From: Bdellovibrionales bacterium
GTDB lineage: Bacteria > Bdellovibrionota > Bdellovibrionia > Bdellovibrionales > UBA1609
Assembly: GCA_965199825.1 (NCBI GenBank)
Contig: OZ241329.1
Location: 1,504,001-1,568,000, forward strand
Direction of reading: 5' to 3'
Length of the DNA: 64,000 nt
How positions within the stretch are numbered: the first letter of the stretch is position 1; each line of letters opens with the position of its first letter. Both the position numbers and the translations under genes were made by a program. This document shows, one piece after another, positions 18,849 to 28,877 of this stretch. The notes under the pieces were generated by a model, which was not told where the DNA came from, did no database searches, and worked only from the letters and a program-made list of their open reading frames with translations.

Positions 18849-20728
18849 TTTTTGTCGATACGGCGAACGATGGAGCGTTGATTCTCTTTGAGTTGTTTTT
18901 TACGAACACGGATTGACTGAGGAGTGACTTCGATCCACTCGTCTTCGTCAATCCACTCGATACAACGTTCAAGAGTCATGTCGCGAATCCCGCGCAAGGT
19001 CACAAGAATTTCGGCGCTGGCTGCGCGGACGTTGGTGAGTTTTTTCTCGCGGCAGGCGTTGACGTTAAGATCATTGTCTTTGCTAGATTCACCAATGACC
19101 ATACCTTCGTACACATCCACACCTGGACTCACAAACAACACGCCGCGCTCTTCGAGATTGAAGAGTGCGTATTCCACCGCTTTGCCGTCACGATCCGAAA
19201 TCAATGCACCGTTTTGACGGTGAAGCATATCGCCCTTCCATTCGACATAACCTAAGAGACGCGAGCTAAATATTCCCTCACCCTTGGTGGCGGTCAGATA
19301 TTTTGTTCGCATGCCCAGGAGGCCGCGAGTGGGAACATCAATTTCAAGGCGCACACGATTTTGGGTTCCGCCGGGTCCACTTTGTGTTCCGCTATTTTCG
19401 TAAGATCCCAAAATTCCTTTGCGAACTTGAAACATCCGAGTGACTTCACCCGAAAATTCTTCGGGTAAATCTAGTGTTGCACGCTCGAGAGGCTCCATTT
19501 TTTGGCCATTTTCGACTTTGGTCAAAACCACAGGCCGACCGACCATAAATTCTAAACCTTCTCGGCGCATCTGTTCGATCAAGATTGCAAACTGCAATTC
19601 ACCACGACCCAAAAGTCGAAATTGATCGGGCTGCTCTGTCTCTTGAAAGCGCATCGCAACGTTCATATGAACTTCGCGCATCAAGCGCTCACGTAATTTT
19701 CGCGATTGAACGGCTTCACCTTCGCGACCCGAAAATGGCGAAGTATTTACTGAAAAAACCATGGCGAGAGTAGGCATTTCGACTTGGATGCGAGCAAGTG
19801 AAGCAACCGCTTCTGAGCCCACAACCGTATCACCAATATCAAAATCTTCGGATCCTGCAACTACCGCAATATCGCCAGCAACCAACTCTTTGGTTTCGAC
19901 CTGTTGTAGACCTGAGTAACATAAAACTTTTAAAACATTAAAAGGCTCAGAGACGGGCTCGCCTTTTTCGTTAATCCCTTTGCGGACAACTTTATCGCCT
20001 TGAGTGATTTTGCCAGACAAGATCCGACCAATCGCAAGACGGCCCACATAATCGGACCAACCTAAATTGGCGACCAACATCTGAAATCCACCCGCATCAA
20101 CAACTGCAGGTGCAGGCATTACGCTTTCGATAAGATCAAATAATGGATCGAGAGTCCCTTTTTTTTCTTTTGAAATTAAGGCGGGAACTTCATCGTAATT
20201 GGTGGTGCACCAACCCTCACGCGCACAGGCATAAACAATTGGAAAATCGGCCTGCTCTTCGCTTGCGCCAAGATCGATAAACAAATCAAAAGCGGCATTG
20301 ACCACTTCTTTTACGCGCTCCGTTCCCTGACACTCAGGGCGATCAACTTTGTTTACACACAAAATGATTTTATGACCGCGCTCTAATGCTTTTTGCAAAA
20401 CGAAACGGGTTTGTGGCAAAGGACCTTCAGCGCCATCGACCAGTAAAACTGCGCCATCGACCATGCCTAAAATCCGCTCAACCTCGCCACCAAAATCGGC
20501 GTGTCCCGGAGTGTCGACAATATTGATGCGCACATCACCACGTTGGACCGAAGCATTTTTGGCTTGGATGGTGATTCCACGTTCTCTTTCGAGATCCATT
20601 GAATCCATCACACGATCGCCTTGAATATCGCGGTTGGTAACTGAGCCGGCTTGACGAAGCAAATGATCAACTAACGTCGTTTTGCCGTGATCGACGTGAG
20701 CGATAATACATATATTTCTTGTTTTCAT
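18845..20728 (-). CDS. typA: Translational GTPase TypA/BipA
   Basis: [42 protein letters not shown]. Confidence 0.96.
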   Translation of the reverse strand: MKTRNICIIAHVDHGKTTLVDHLLRQAGSVTNRDIQGDRVMDSMDLERERGITIQAKNASVQRGDVRINIVDTPGHADFGGEVERILGMVDGAVLLVDGAEGPLPQTRFVLQKALERGHKIILCVNKVDRPECQGTERVKEVVNAAFDLFIDLGASEEQADFPIVYACAREGWCTTNYDEVPALISKEKKGTLDPLFDLIESVMPAPAVVDAGGFQMLVANLGWSDYVGRLAIGRILSGKITQGDKVVRKGINEKGEPVSEPFNVLKVLCYSGLQQVETKELVAGDIAVVAGSEDFDIGDTVVGSEAVASLARIQVEMPTLAMVFSVNTSPFSGREGEAVQSRKLRERLMREVHMNVAMRFQETEQPDQFRLLGRGELQFAILIEQMRREGLEFMVGRPVVLTKVENGQKMEPLERATLDLPEEFSGEVTRMFQVRKGILGSYENSGTQSGPGGTQNRVRLEIDVPTRGLLGMRTKYLTATKGEGIFSSRLLGYVEWKGDMLHRQNGALISDRDGKAVEYALFNLEERGVLFVSPGVDVYEGMVIGESSKDNDLNVNACREKKLTNVRAASAEILVTLRGIRDMTLERCIEWIDEDEWIEVTPQSIRVRKKQLKENQRSIVRRIDKN

Positions 20729-20772
20729 AATTTAGACTTATGGTTCTAACCGCGAACTGCGATTTTCACAAA

Positions 20773-22464
20773 TCAAATGTTCTTTAAAGCTTCTTCCACC
20801 GCTTGATCGGCGGTGTCGCAGATTAAAATCTCTCGGCATGGTTCACATAAGGTGCTCATTTGACAAATTTGTAAGCGATTGGCGCCGGGGTGAACAACAA
20901 GACCAATTTTTTGTTTGCGTAACAGCATGGTTTTAATTGCAGAGTCTAAAGCGACGAGTCCAGTGACATCTAAAATAGGGACCTCTGCCAAATCCAAAAT
21001 AACAAAACGAACATCTTTGCTCAGTTGCCCTATCGAACTGATCGCGCGTTGAGCCGCACCAAAAAACATCGCCCCAGAAATTTTATAATAAAAAACCGAC
21101 GGCGGTAAATTTGGAATCGGATTTCCTTTTACCGGATTAAAGTTTTTTAAAATTTGGCCCTTTGTCATATTGGCCAGACGTCTGACAAAAAGCAAAGCGG
21201 CAAGCACAACACCAATACCCACACCGATTGTCATATTAAAAATCACGGTGAGTAAAAAACAGACCATCAAAACCACTTTGTCTTCACGGGTTCCGATGCG
21301 CAAAATATTGGTGAAGTGAGCCCGTTCGGCCATATGGTAAGCGACGAACATTAAGAGTGCGGCCATAGATGCCAGCGGAATCGAATTGACCAAGGGTGCA
21401 AAACTGACAAGCACCAATAATACTGTGAGGGAATGAAACACCGAGGCCAGTGGAGTCACCGCTCCACAGCGAATATTTGTGGTGGTACGTGCAACCGCAC
21501 CCACCGCAGGGATGCCGCTAAAAAAAGGACAAAGCACATTTGAAATTCCAAGAGCCACGAGTTCGACATCGGAAGAGTGTTTTTCGCCCGTGATGCCGTC
21601 GGCAATGGTGGCGGTCAATAAAGTTTCGATCGCCCCTAGCATCGCAATCGCAAACGCCGAAGAAATTAAACTTTGGGCCGCATCGAGCGAAAATTCAAAA
21701 CCACTCCAAGGCAAAACCGCAACGGGCAGAGATTGCGGAATTCCTTGGAAGCGTGAGCCGATAGTAACGAAATTTATTTCGGGATAAAAATAGTGAATCA
21801 AAAATGTCGCCGCTGTCACTGCGGTTAAAGCTAATATAGGTACAGGAAACCGGCTGATCTTTTTTGTTCCCAGAGCAAGAAGCAGGAGTGTGGCAATGCC
21901 CACACTTGTTTCTGAAATACTGATGGTATCAATAGATAAGGCTATCTCGCGCACTCGTCCCAAAAAATGGGGCGATTCGGTGAGGGCTTCGAGCCCAAAA
22001 AAATCCCTGAGTTGCAAAGTTCCAATCACGAGTGCAATGGCTGAAGTAAATCCGGTGGTCACAGGATGGGGAATAAACTGGATCACGTCGCCAAGTTTCA
22101 TCACCCCAAAAAGAATCAGTAAAAATCCTGAAAGCATTCCGGCAATCAACAATCCAGATAAACCAAAATTGTGTACAATCGGAAAAAGCAAAACAACAAA
22201 CGAAGATGTCGGCCCTGTGACCTGATAGCGCGAGCCGCCTAAGAGAGCTGTGACTGAGCCCGCAATGATTGCGGTGTACAATCCATATTGAGGTGCGACA
22301 CCACATGCGATCGCCAGCGCCATGGCTAACGGAATGGCCACACTTCCAACAACGATGCCCGCACCCACATCGCTTAAAAATTTTTGCTTGTTATAGCCTT
22401 CGTGTAAAGCTTCTCGAAGTGCTAAACCTAACCTCAAATGTTTGAGAGCCTCAAAATTTTTCAA
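20773..22464 (-). CDS. SulP family anion transporter with STAS domain (DauA-like)
   Basis: AIPLAMALA..GLYTAI, GGSRYQVTGPT, C-terminal STAS GAMFFGAA..LDVTGL. Confidence 0.92.
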   Translation of the reverse strand: MKNFEALKHLRLGLALREALHEGYNKQKFLSDVGAGIVVGSVAIPLAMALAIACGVAPQYGLYTAIIAGSVTALLGGSRYQVTGPTSSFVVLLFPIVHNFGLSGLLIAGMLSGFLLILFGVMKLGDVIQFIPHPVTTGFTSAIALVIGTLQLRDFFGLEALTESPHFLGRVREIALSIDTISISETSVGIATLLLLALGTKKISRFPVPILALTAVTAATFLIHYFYPEINFVTIGSRFQGIPQSLPVAVLPWSGFEFSLDAAQSLISSAFAIAMLGAIETLLTATIADGITGEKHSSDVELVALGISNVLCPFFSGIPAVGAVARTTTNIRCGAVTPLASVFHSLTVLLVLVSFAPLVNSIPLASMAALLMFVAYHMAERAHFTNILRIGTREDKVVLMVCFLLTVIFNMTIGVGIGVVLAALLFVRRLANMTKGQILKNFNPVKGNPIPNLPPSVFYYKISGAMFFGAAQRAISSIGQLSKDVRFVILDLAEVPILDVTGLVALDSAIKTMLLRKQKIGLVVHPGANRLQICQMSTLCEPCREILICDTADQAVEEALKNI

Positions 22465-22484
22465 CAGATCTTAACGCTACAGAG

Positions 22485-23504
22485 TTAGCGATTGAGACGC
22501 AACTGCGGACTGATCCACTGCGGAGTCGGAGTGAGTTGCTGCACCCAATTGACCACGACACGATCCATCCAGCGGTATCCATGATGCCATTTATCAAATC
22601 CGACAAATCCCAAGTGACCCCCTTGCTCAGTGATGATCAAATCTTGTCCGCTGCGGACTGGGAGTCGCAAGATTTCGCTTGTTTCGGCGATAGGATCATC
22701 GAGAGACGCAAGAATTAATGTGGGCACCCGAATATGCGGAATGTAATGAGCACTCGAGCACTGCTCGTAATACTCTTCGGCATCTTTAAATCCATGAACG
22801 GGAGCGGTATAGCGCTGATCGAAATCGCGAATTCGAATCACATTATCAAGGCAAGGTGTTTTTGTTTTTAAGATTTGATGGAGGCGTTGAACGTCTCGCT
22901 TTAAGAGCTTTACAAAATAGGAATCAAAAAAACTTTTGCTCAGTCGGTGTGCGGTCTGCCCCAAATGGAGAGGCGGCGAGACCGCGATCACGCTATCGAG
23001 TCCTCCGGTGGTTTTGATTCCATCTTCGCCCGCAAGTTTAAGAGTGAGATTTGCACCGAGTGAAAATCCGATTTGTGTCACTGGTGATTTAGGATAGTTC
23101 TCATTGAGCCAGCGCAAAACAAAACGGGCATCTTCGCTAATCCCAGCGTGATAAGTTTTTTTGGATAAACCAAATCCGGGGCCGCTGTTTCGCAAATTTA
23201 AACGAAACACCGCCACACCCGATTGCACCAGTTTGCGAGTGATTCGCCGCATGTAGCCCGAATTGTGGGAACCCAAAAGACCATGAACTAAGAGGGCGAC
23301 ACGACCACCGGGTTGAAAGCTAAATGGTCTATTTTCGATAACAATCAGACGATCAAGATCCGGCAAAACCAATTCATGGACGCATGTTGGAAAGAGATCA
23401 CTGGGTTGTGGAAAGTAGGTGCCTGCAAGAGTTTGGGCCAAAGGGTGTTTGAGGTAGGCAAGAGGTGTAAAGGGTCCGACTCCAATTCTTTTTAAAACAT
23501 CCAT
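22485..23504 (-). CDS. YheT-like alpha/beta hydrolase
   Basis: HGLLGS, GFSLG nucleophile, DDP, GGHLGF; start codon uncertain. Confidence 0.88.
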   Translation of the reverse strand: MDVLKRIGVGPFTPLAYLKHPLAQTLAGTYFPQPSDLFPTCVHELVLPDLDRLIVIENRPFSFQPGGRVALLVHGLLGSHNSGYMRRITRKLVQSGVAVFRLNLRNSGPGFGLSKKTYHAGISEDARFVLRWLNENYPKSPVTQIGFSLGANLTLKLAGEDGIKTTGGLDSVIAVSPPLHLGQTAHRLSKSFFDSYFVKLLKRDVQRLHQILKTKTPCLDNVIRIRDFDQRYTAPVHGFKDAEEYYEQCSSAHYIPHIRVPTLILASLDDPIAETSEILRLPVRSGQDLIITEQGGHLGFVGFDKWHHGYRWMDRVVVNWVQQLTPTPQWISPQLRLNR

Positions 23505-23772
23505 CTCTTCTATGAGGAGGCCAAAGCCAAAAGTTGTCGAGTCGGGTTTTAAAAATCTCGACTTCGAGCGGGTAGCAAACAATTTTTGTTGGCTTGGTTT
23601 TTAGGTTTATAAAAATAAAATCAATTGCTGCCATTAAGATTTTTATGATTTTGAGAGGTTGTTTATTTGACGTAGCAAAAAAAACACACTTTTCATTTTT
23701 CTGCTTGCCCCCTGATTCCAATTTGGCGCAGTCTGAGCGGACACAACAGCTCAAAGTTTATAAAGGTGATTT

Positions 23773-24663
23773 TTGGTCCCTCTTATTTTATTTCTCCAAA
23801 TGATTTGTGTTGTACATGCCGCTGAGCCGACAGCCAGTTCTCCTATTGCGGTAAAGACAATGGTCGCCGATTTGTTTAAGCCCTGGCACAGATTTGAATC
23901 GATGTTTCAGCAGAGGCTTAAAAGTAATGAACTCGAGTTTGTGCGTTCTCAAAATCACGCCCTTGATGAAGCGAGCACATTTGAAGAATGGCAGCGGATC
24001 ATTTCGGATCAAGACAGAAATTCAATTTATTTTTTTGCAATCAATAGACAGATTTTGGATCACCAAGTTTCAAGGGCCGTACGATTTGGGGATGACTTCA
24101 TTGCCTGGTTTGATCAGATGATCCAAACAAAAAATTTGGATTATTGGATTGGCCAAAATAAAGATGTCACTCCCGTTAATATTTTTGCAGAGATTTTGCA
24201 GCGGGTCCCGCAGGCAACTCGAAATTATCAAGGCTTTATTGAAGAAATTGTTTATTTACTTGGATCACCTAAAGATCAAATCTTTGTTTCATTTCGACTG
24301 GCGCGATCATTTGTGAATTCAGAACGAGGAGAATTAAGTATTTCACCTCCATCTCCCTTTTGGAGATTTGCTCGCCAGAATGATTTTGCTGACCCTCCTA
24401 TGGTGACAATCTCTTCGGTGGCCTACTACTCACTTTTAAAAAAGAAAATGATGATTCGTATTTTAGCCAAAGCTTGCGAGCAGGGTGCTGTTCTTCATTT
24501 GAGCAGGCAAGAATTCGCACGAGTGACGGCGGCTGCGCGGTCGGTGGGTTTTCAACTCAAAGGCAAGCCCGATTGGGCTAAAGTGGTCCGAGGGACCTCC
24601 ATGGTTTCACGCTGCCTCCAGCTCTTAGCCCCACAGAGTGGCCGGCTCCGGACCTTGCTTTAA
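23773..24663 (+). CDS. Hypothetical secreted protein
   Basis: 296-aa ORF with signal-peptide-like N-terminus (VHA-A). Confidence 0.6.
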   Translation: MVPLILFLQMICVVHAAEPTASSPIAVKTMVADLFKPWHRFESMFQQRLKSNELEFVRSQNHALDEASTFEEWQRIISDQDRNSIYFFAINRQILDHQVSRAVRFGDDFIAWFDQMIQTKNLDYWIGQNKDVTPVNIFAEILQRVPQATRNYQGFIEEIVYLLGSPKDQIFVSFRLARSFVNSERGELSISPPSPFWRFARQNDFADPPMVTISSVAYYSLLKKKMMIRILAKACEQGAVLHLSRQEFARVTAAARSVGFQLKGKPDWAKVVRGTSMVSRCLQLLAPQSGRLRTLL

Positions 24664-24753
24664 AATATCGCGAACGAAGGTAGAGCTAACGAAGAATTTT
24701 CAAATCGAAATCTGTGGGATAAGTTCAACATCGTTTTCTGCTATAAACATAAA

Positions 24754-26652
24754 ATGAAAAATTTGATATTTGTGATTTTGTTTTTGGGTTTTTCTGCTCA
24801 TGCTGTCGAGAAATCAAGCCCCGTCAGTTGGAGTTCGCGCTTTTTGGCAACCGGCAAAGTGATGAGTGATCCTGAAAACACTGTTGAGCAAAAGTCTCAA
24901 GACCTTCATCGTTTGTTTAGTGATGTCGACTCCGCTTGCCAGCTCAATTGCCGTTTGCCGATTGAGGGTTTGGTAAAAGCAATTGATACGCTGAACAGTT
25001 GGCAAATCGTTTACGCACTAAAAGCTTTTGGATTTAAGCATGGCGATGTGCTGGCTCATTACGCAGACAAAACCCGTGATGTTCTCACCCGAATTGACGA
25101 CGACCTGTTAAAGTCGACCGTTCATTCTGCAATTCAGCTGCTGCGGTTTTTTGTTTCAATCCATCAAAACTCTTTATTTGAATTTGCCAAGGCCGATGCA
25201 GCAGAGCGCAAAGCCATAATCGATCGCGAATTCGCCACACTTAAAAACCAAAAAGAAGCGATCACAAAATTCGCTTCCTCTTTTTCAAAGGGTCAGGACG
25301 CATCTGCGCTGACAGATTTAGAAATCAAACAGATCGCCGCTACGGTATCGCATTTTCGATTGATTGTTTTTTCGCGGTTGATCGAAGCCGTCGTGAGTAA
25401 TGCCGGATTGCTAGCACCTGAGGTTGCGATAACTCTCAATCGGGTGCAGCAACAGCTCCCACTGCCCACGGTTTTAGAACTCCGCGAAATTGTTTTTGGT
25501 GAATTTGGAATGGATCCAGATTCGTTGTATGAGGGGCTTGATTTTGAGCATCCCATTCGCAGTGATTATATCGCGGTTTATTACCGCGCACGAACCCGAG
25601 AAAAAAAACCGCGTGATGTGGTTGTCAAAATTCAAAGACCAAATCTGGATAAACAAATTCAACATAACTACGATTTGAATCATCTTTTACTGAGTGTCGC
25701 ACGGACATTGAGGCAAGAGGGTGCATTTGATTCCATAGAGAATTCGGCAATGATTTATTGCGCGATGGATGTGGCCTTGGCTGAAATCGAGAGCTACACC
25801 CAAAAAATGGAATTTGAGTTGGATTTTAGACTCGAAAGCCAAGCCTTAGAAAAAGCACGGGATATGAACATTGCGAATTTCAGTGTGCAAGTTCCTAAAC
25901 CATTAAGGGATTATTCAACTATTAGAATCTTAACGACTCTTGAGTCACCAAGCGGAATCTCTATTGATAAGTTGATGAACGGTGAGGGATCCCAGGTGGA
26001 GCAATCGGCGCGTGCTGAGGCGTTTGGCAGTATGGTGCGCTCATTTATTTATCAAACATTTGTGCTGGGCCAAATTCCGGGTGAGGCGAGTGCAAACCGC
26101 ATTGAGATTCAATCCAATGGGAATGTTTCGTTAAATCAATGGTCTCATGTATTTCAGGGCCGAGTTCCTATGGGAAAACCGCTCAAGGCGGTGATCTATT
26201 TGGCTCGAGGGGATAGCAAACGTTTTGCTCGAGCTTTTGCTCATATGGGTCGTAACCCCAATTTTCCTGAGCAAGAATTTGAGCAAGCGGTACAACAAAT
26301 TTTAGATCAACACGAGGTTCAAAAAAAATCGGGTTTTAGGGGAGTGAACCCAAAAAATTGGGCGTGGTCTTCATTGACCGAACTGATGGAGCCTGTTCTT
26401 GCCGAGGCTTATAAATTGGGATTTGAGGTGTCGCCGCAGTATGTGGAATTTGTGCGCTCGGTTGCACCGTTTGGATTGAGCGTCTATGGTATTGCCAAAA
26501 CACTGCCAACCAAAACTCTGGCCATTCACGGAGGGCTTGCGGTGTTATCTTCGGTGGTGGAACTTCCTGTGCAATTGGCTGTGGGTAAAGTAACTTGGAT
26601 GGGCCGTCGAACCATCGATAAATGTAAAGCTTTGCTGTCGAGTGGAACTTAA
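24754..26652 (+). CDS. Secreted ABC1/UbiB-like atypical kinase, catalytic motifs degenerate
   Basis: Signal peptide; VVVKIQRPN, ELDFRLE, VQVPKP..RILT. Confidence 0.7.
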   Translation: MKNLIFVILFLGFSAHAVEKSSPVSWSSRFLATGKVMSDPENTVEQKSQDLHRLFSDVDSACQLNCRLPIEGLVKAIDTLNSWQIVYALKAFGFKHGDVLAHYADKTRDVLTRIDDDLLKSTVHSAIQLLRFFVSIHQNSLFEFAKADAAERKAIIDREFATLKNQKEAITKFASSFSKGQDASALTDLEIKQIAATVSHFRLIVFSRLIEAVVSNAGLLAPEVAITLNRVQQQLPLPTVLELREIVFGEFGMDPDSLYEGLDFEHPIRSDYIAVYYRARTREKKPRDVVVKIQRPNLDKQIQHNYDLNHLLLSVARTLRQEGAFDSIENSAMIYCAMDVALAEIESYTQKMEFELDFRLESQALEKARDMNIANFSVQVPKPLRDYSTIRILTTLESPSGISIDKLMNGEGSQVEQSARAEAFGSMVRSFIYQTFVLGQIPGEASANRIEIQSNGNVSLNQWSHVFQGRVPMGKPLKAVIYLARGDSKRFARAFAHMGRNPNFPEQEFEQAVQQILDQHEVQKKSGFRGVNPKNWAWSSLTELMEPVLAEAYKLGFEVSPQYVEFVRSVAPFGLSVYGIAKTLPTKTLAIHGGLAVLSSVVELPVQLAVGKVTWMGRRTIDKCKALLSSGT

Positions 26653-26687
26653 AGTCTTGAGCCTCGTCAAAGATGCGTTAAGGAAGA

Positions 26688-27938
26688 ATGATGGATAAAT
26701 CTCTTTGGGCACTCGTCCCAGTCGACGATACGCGCATCCGCAAGGACTCATTTAAAGAGTCAAAAAAGATCATTCATAAAATGGATCGGCTTGAGCAAGC
26801 CCTCCAAAATTTTTATTCTACGGGGCAAAGATTATTTAACAGTTGGTCCGAACTCACCTTCCGGGGCCTGCGCGAGCAACTACAAAAGCAAGAGGAAGAA
26901 TACATCCGTCTTGCAACTCGGCATAATTCGATTGTTACTGTTTCTGAAATGCACAATGTGCCGATGTGGAAAGCCTACAAATTTATTCTAGAAGAAGAGC
27001 GCGTTTATCAAACCGCAACCGAATCCGAGCGCGAGCAGATCGAACAAATGCGTCAAAAAAGAGAAGAGTTTTTAAAACAACAGATGCACGAATCCTTTGG
27101 CTTTGAGGATCATGTTCCACCTCAGGAAGACGTCAATGAAGATCAATCAACCCTTCAGTTAGAAAAAATCAAAGAACTCAGTCTTGAACAAATAAACCAG
27201 CTGCTTGCAGATAAAGATCTCTGTCTCCCTTTTTTAATGGATGTGTTTAAACTGTGTGATGAAAACGACGAGATCTCATTTTTTTATAAAATTTGGTTAA
27301 TGACGGGCGCCAAAAATCAAAAAAACTTTAAAAGATATTTTTATCAAACCTATCAAGAAGATCTCGATGCCGTTTTGGAAGAGCATGGAAATTATCAAAC
27401 ACGGGTTAAATCTAATCAAAAACCAGCTGTGAAGACCTTCGATTTTGAATCGCTTAAATTTATTTATCGACAATTGGTGCAGCTTCTCCATCCTGATCGA
27501 CACTCCGACATTCACAATGCCAAAAGTCTGTGGATGACTCGAGCGTGGCATCAAGTTCAATCCGCCTATAAGGCAAAAGATAAAGAGGGGCTTGAAAGAT
27601 TGCTCCTCACAGTAAGAATTCGAACCGACGAGCTTTCTAACTTAAGTGTTTTTGAAATTCGCCAAAGCTCGGTTTTGCTCAAGGATGATCTTAAAATTTT
27701 AGAAACTAAAACTAAGCAGATAAAAAAACATCCGGCTTGGGGTTTTGCAATAGGTCGGGACCGTGCAAAGCTCGAAAAAAAAATCAGCGATGATCTCACA
27801 AATGATATTGGTAAAATAAATTATAAAATAAAAGAAATTGAATCCATCCATAGCCAGTACGCGCAAATCATCGATCGCAATCAAATGCGAGGTCAGCCCA
27901 AACGTCGTCGCTCACTCGATTATGAGCGCGAACTTTAA
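26688..27938 (+). CDS. Coiled-coil protein with internal J domain
   Basis: LKFIYRQLVQLLHPDRH (HPD motif) followed by WHQVQSAY. Confidence 0.7.
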   Translation: MMDKSLWALVPVDDTRIRKDSFKESKKIIHKMDRLEQALQNFYSTGQRLFNSWSELTFRGLREQLQKQEEEYIRLATRHNSIVTVSEMHNVPMWKAYKFILEEERVYQTATESEREQIEQMRQKREEFLKQQMHESFGFEDHVPPQEDVNEDQSTLQLEKIKELSLEQINQLLADKDLCLPFLMDVFKLCDENDEISFFYKIWLMTGAKNQKNFKRYFYQTYQEDLDAVLEEHGNYQTRVKSNQKPAVKTFDFESLKFIYRQLVQLLHPDRHSDIHNAKSLWMTRAWHQVQSAYKAKDKEGLERLLLTVRIRTDELSNLSVFEIRQSSVLLKDDLKILETKTKQIKKHPAWGFAIGRDRAKLEKKISDDLTNDIGKINYKIKEIESIHSQYAQIIDRNQMRGQPKRRRSLDYEREL

Positions 27939-27939
27939 T

Positions 27940-28818
27940 CTAGAATGGCAGATTTCTTATTGTTTTGAGCTCATGATGGGTTCCGTATTTTCCAGCTTCG
28001 GATTTCACAATTTGGGCGGCCGAAATCTCGGTGTCATGAGTAAAAAAAAGCAGCCAATTTTCTTTAACCGCGGTTGGAAAGAGCTCGGTTTTTTCGTCTA
28101 TCAACAACTCAGGAAATCGGTCATAGCCCATGGTGATCGGCACATGAACCCAAGCTTTGCCCGGGACCAGATCGCCACAAAAAAACACGGTTTGATTTTC
28201 ACCCCGGAAACCCACATGCAAATGTCCTGGAGTGTGGCCGTGGCTATGGCGAAAAAATAAAACTTCTTCAGGAAAATATTCTTTTAAACTATTTTTATTT
28301 GTGATGATAAGGCGCTTCGAGTTTTTGAGTTTATCAGTAAGACCGGGGATAAAGGAGGCGCGGTCGCGAACGTGAGGCTTGACCGCTCGTGCCCAAGCGT
28401 CCTCGCCCACCACATATTTGGCGTTTGGAAAAAGCAACTGATCATTGCCCTCAGCAATTTGTTGATATGCGGGAAGAAGGCCACCCACATGATCAAAATG
28501 GAGATGCGAGAGGATTACAAAGTCGATATCTGAATCCTTGATTCCGAGAGATTCCAAGTTTTCGATCAGCAAATGTCTGCTTGGTTCTTGAACCCCAAAT
28601 CTTTCGGCCAGTTTAGGCTCAAAAAAAGCCCCGATCCCGGTTTCGCATAAAATCTTTATACCTTCGTACTCAATGAGCAGTGCTCGACAAGCAAGCTCGA
28701 TGCGCCCTTTTTGATCGGGAGGTGCCCATTTTTCCCAAACTACACGTGGCGCATTGCCAAACATTGCCCCCCCATCCAGTTTTTGGCGGTTGCCTTCGAC
28801 GCTCGAAATCTTTGTCAT
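27940..28818 (-). CDS. MBL-fold metallo-hydrolase
   Basis: LDGGAMFG, SHLHFDHVGG, GHTPGH, FTHD. Confidence 0.92.
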   Translation of the reverse strand: MTKISSVEGNRQKLDGGAMFGNAPRVVWEKWAPPDQKGRIELACRALLIEYEGIKILCETGIGAFFEPKLAERFGVQEPSRHLLIENLESLGIKDSDIDFVILSHLHFDHVGGLLPAYQQIAEGNDQLLFPNAKYVVGEDAWARAVKPHVRDRASFIPGLTDKLKNSKRLIITNKNSLKEYFPEEVLFFRHSHGHTPGHLHVGFRGENQTVFFCGDLVPGKAWVHVPITMGYDRFPELLIDEKTELFPTAVKENWLLFFTHDTEISAAQIVKSEAGKYGTHHELKTIRNLPF

Positions 28819-28877
28819 TGGGTCTCCTTCACACAGCGAGTCTTGTTGCCATGAGGCCTTTGTTTTAGCCTTTGAGA

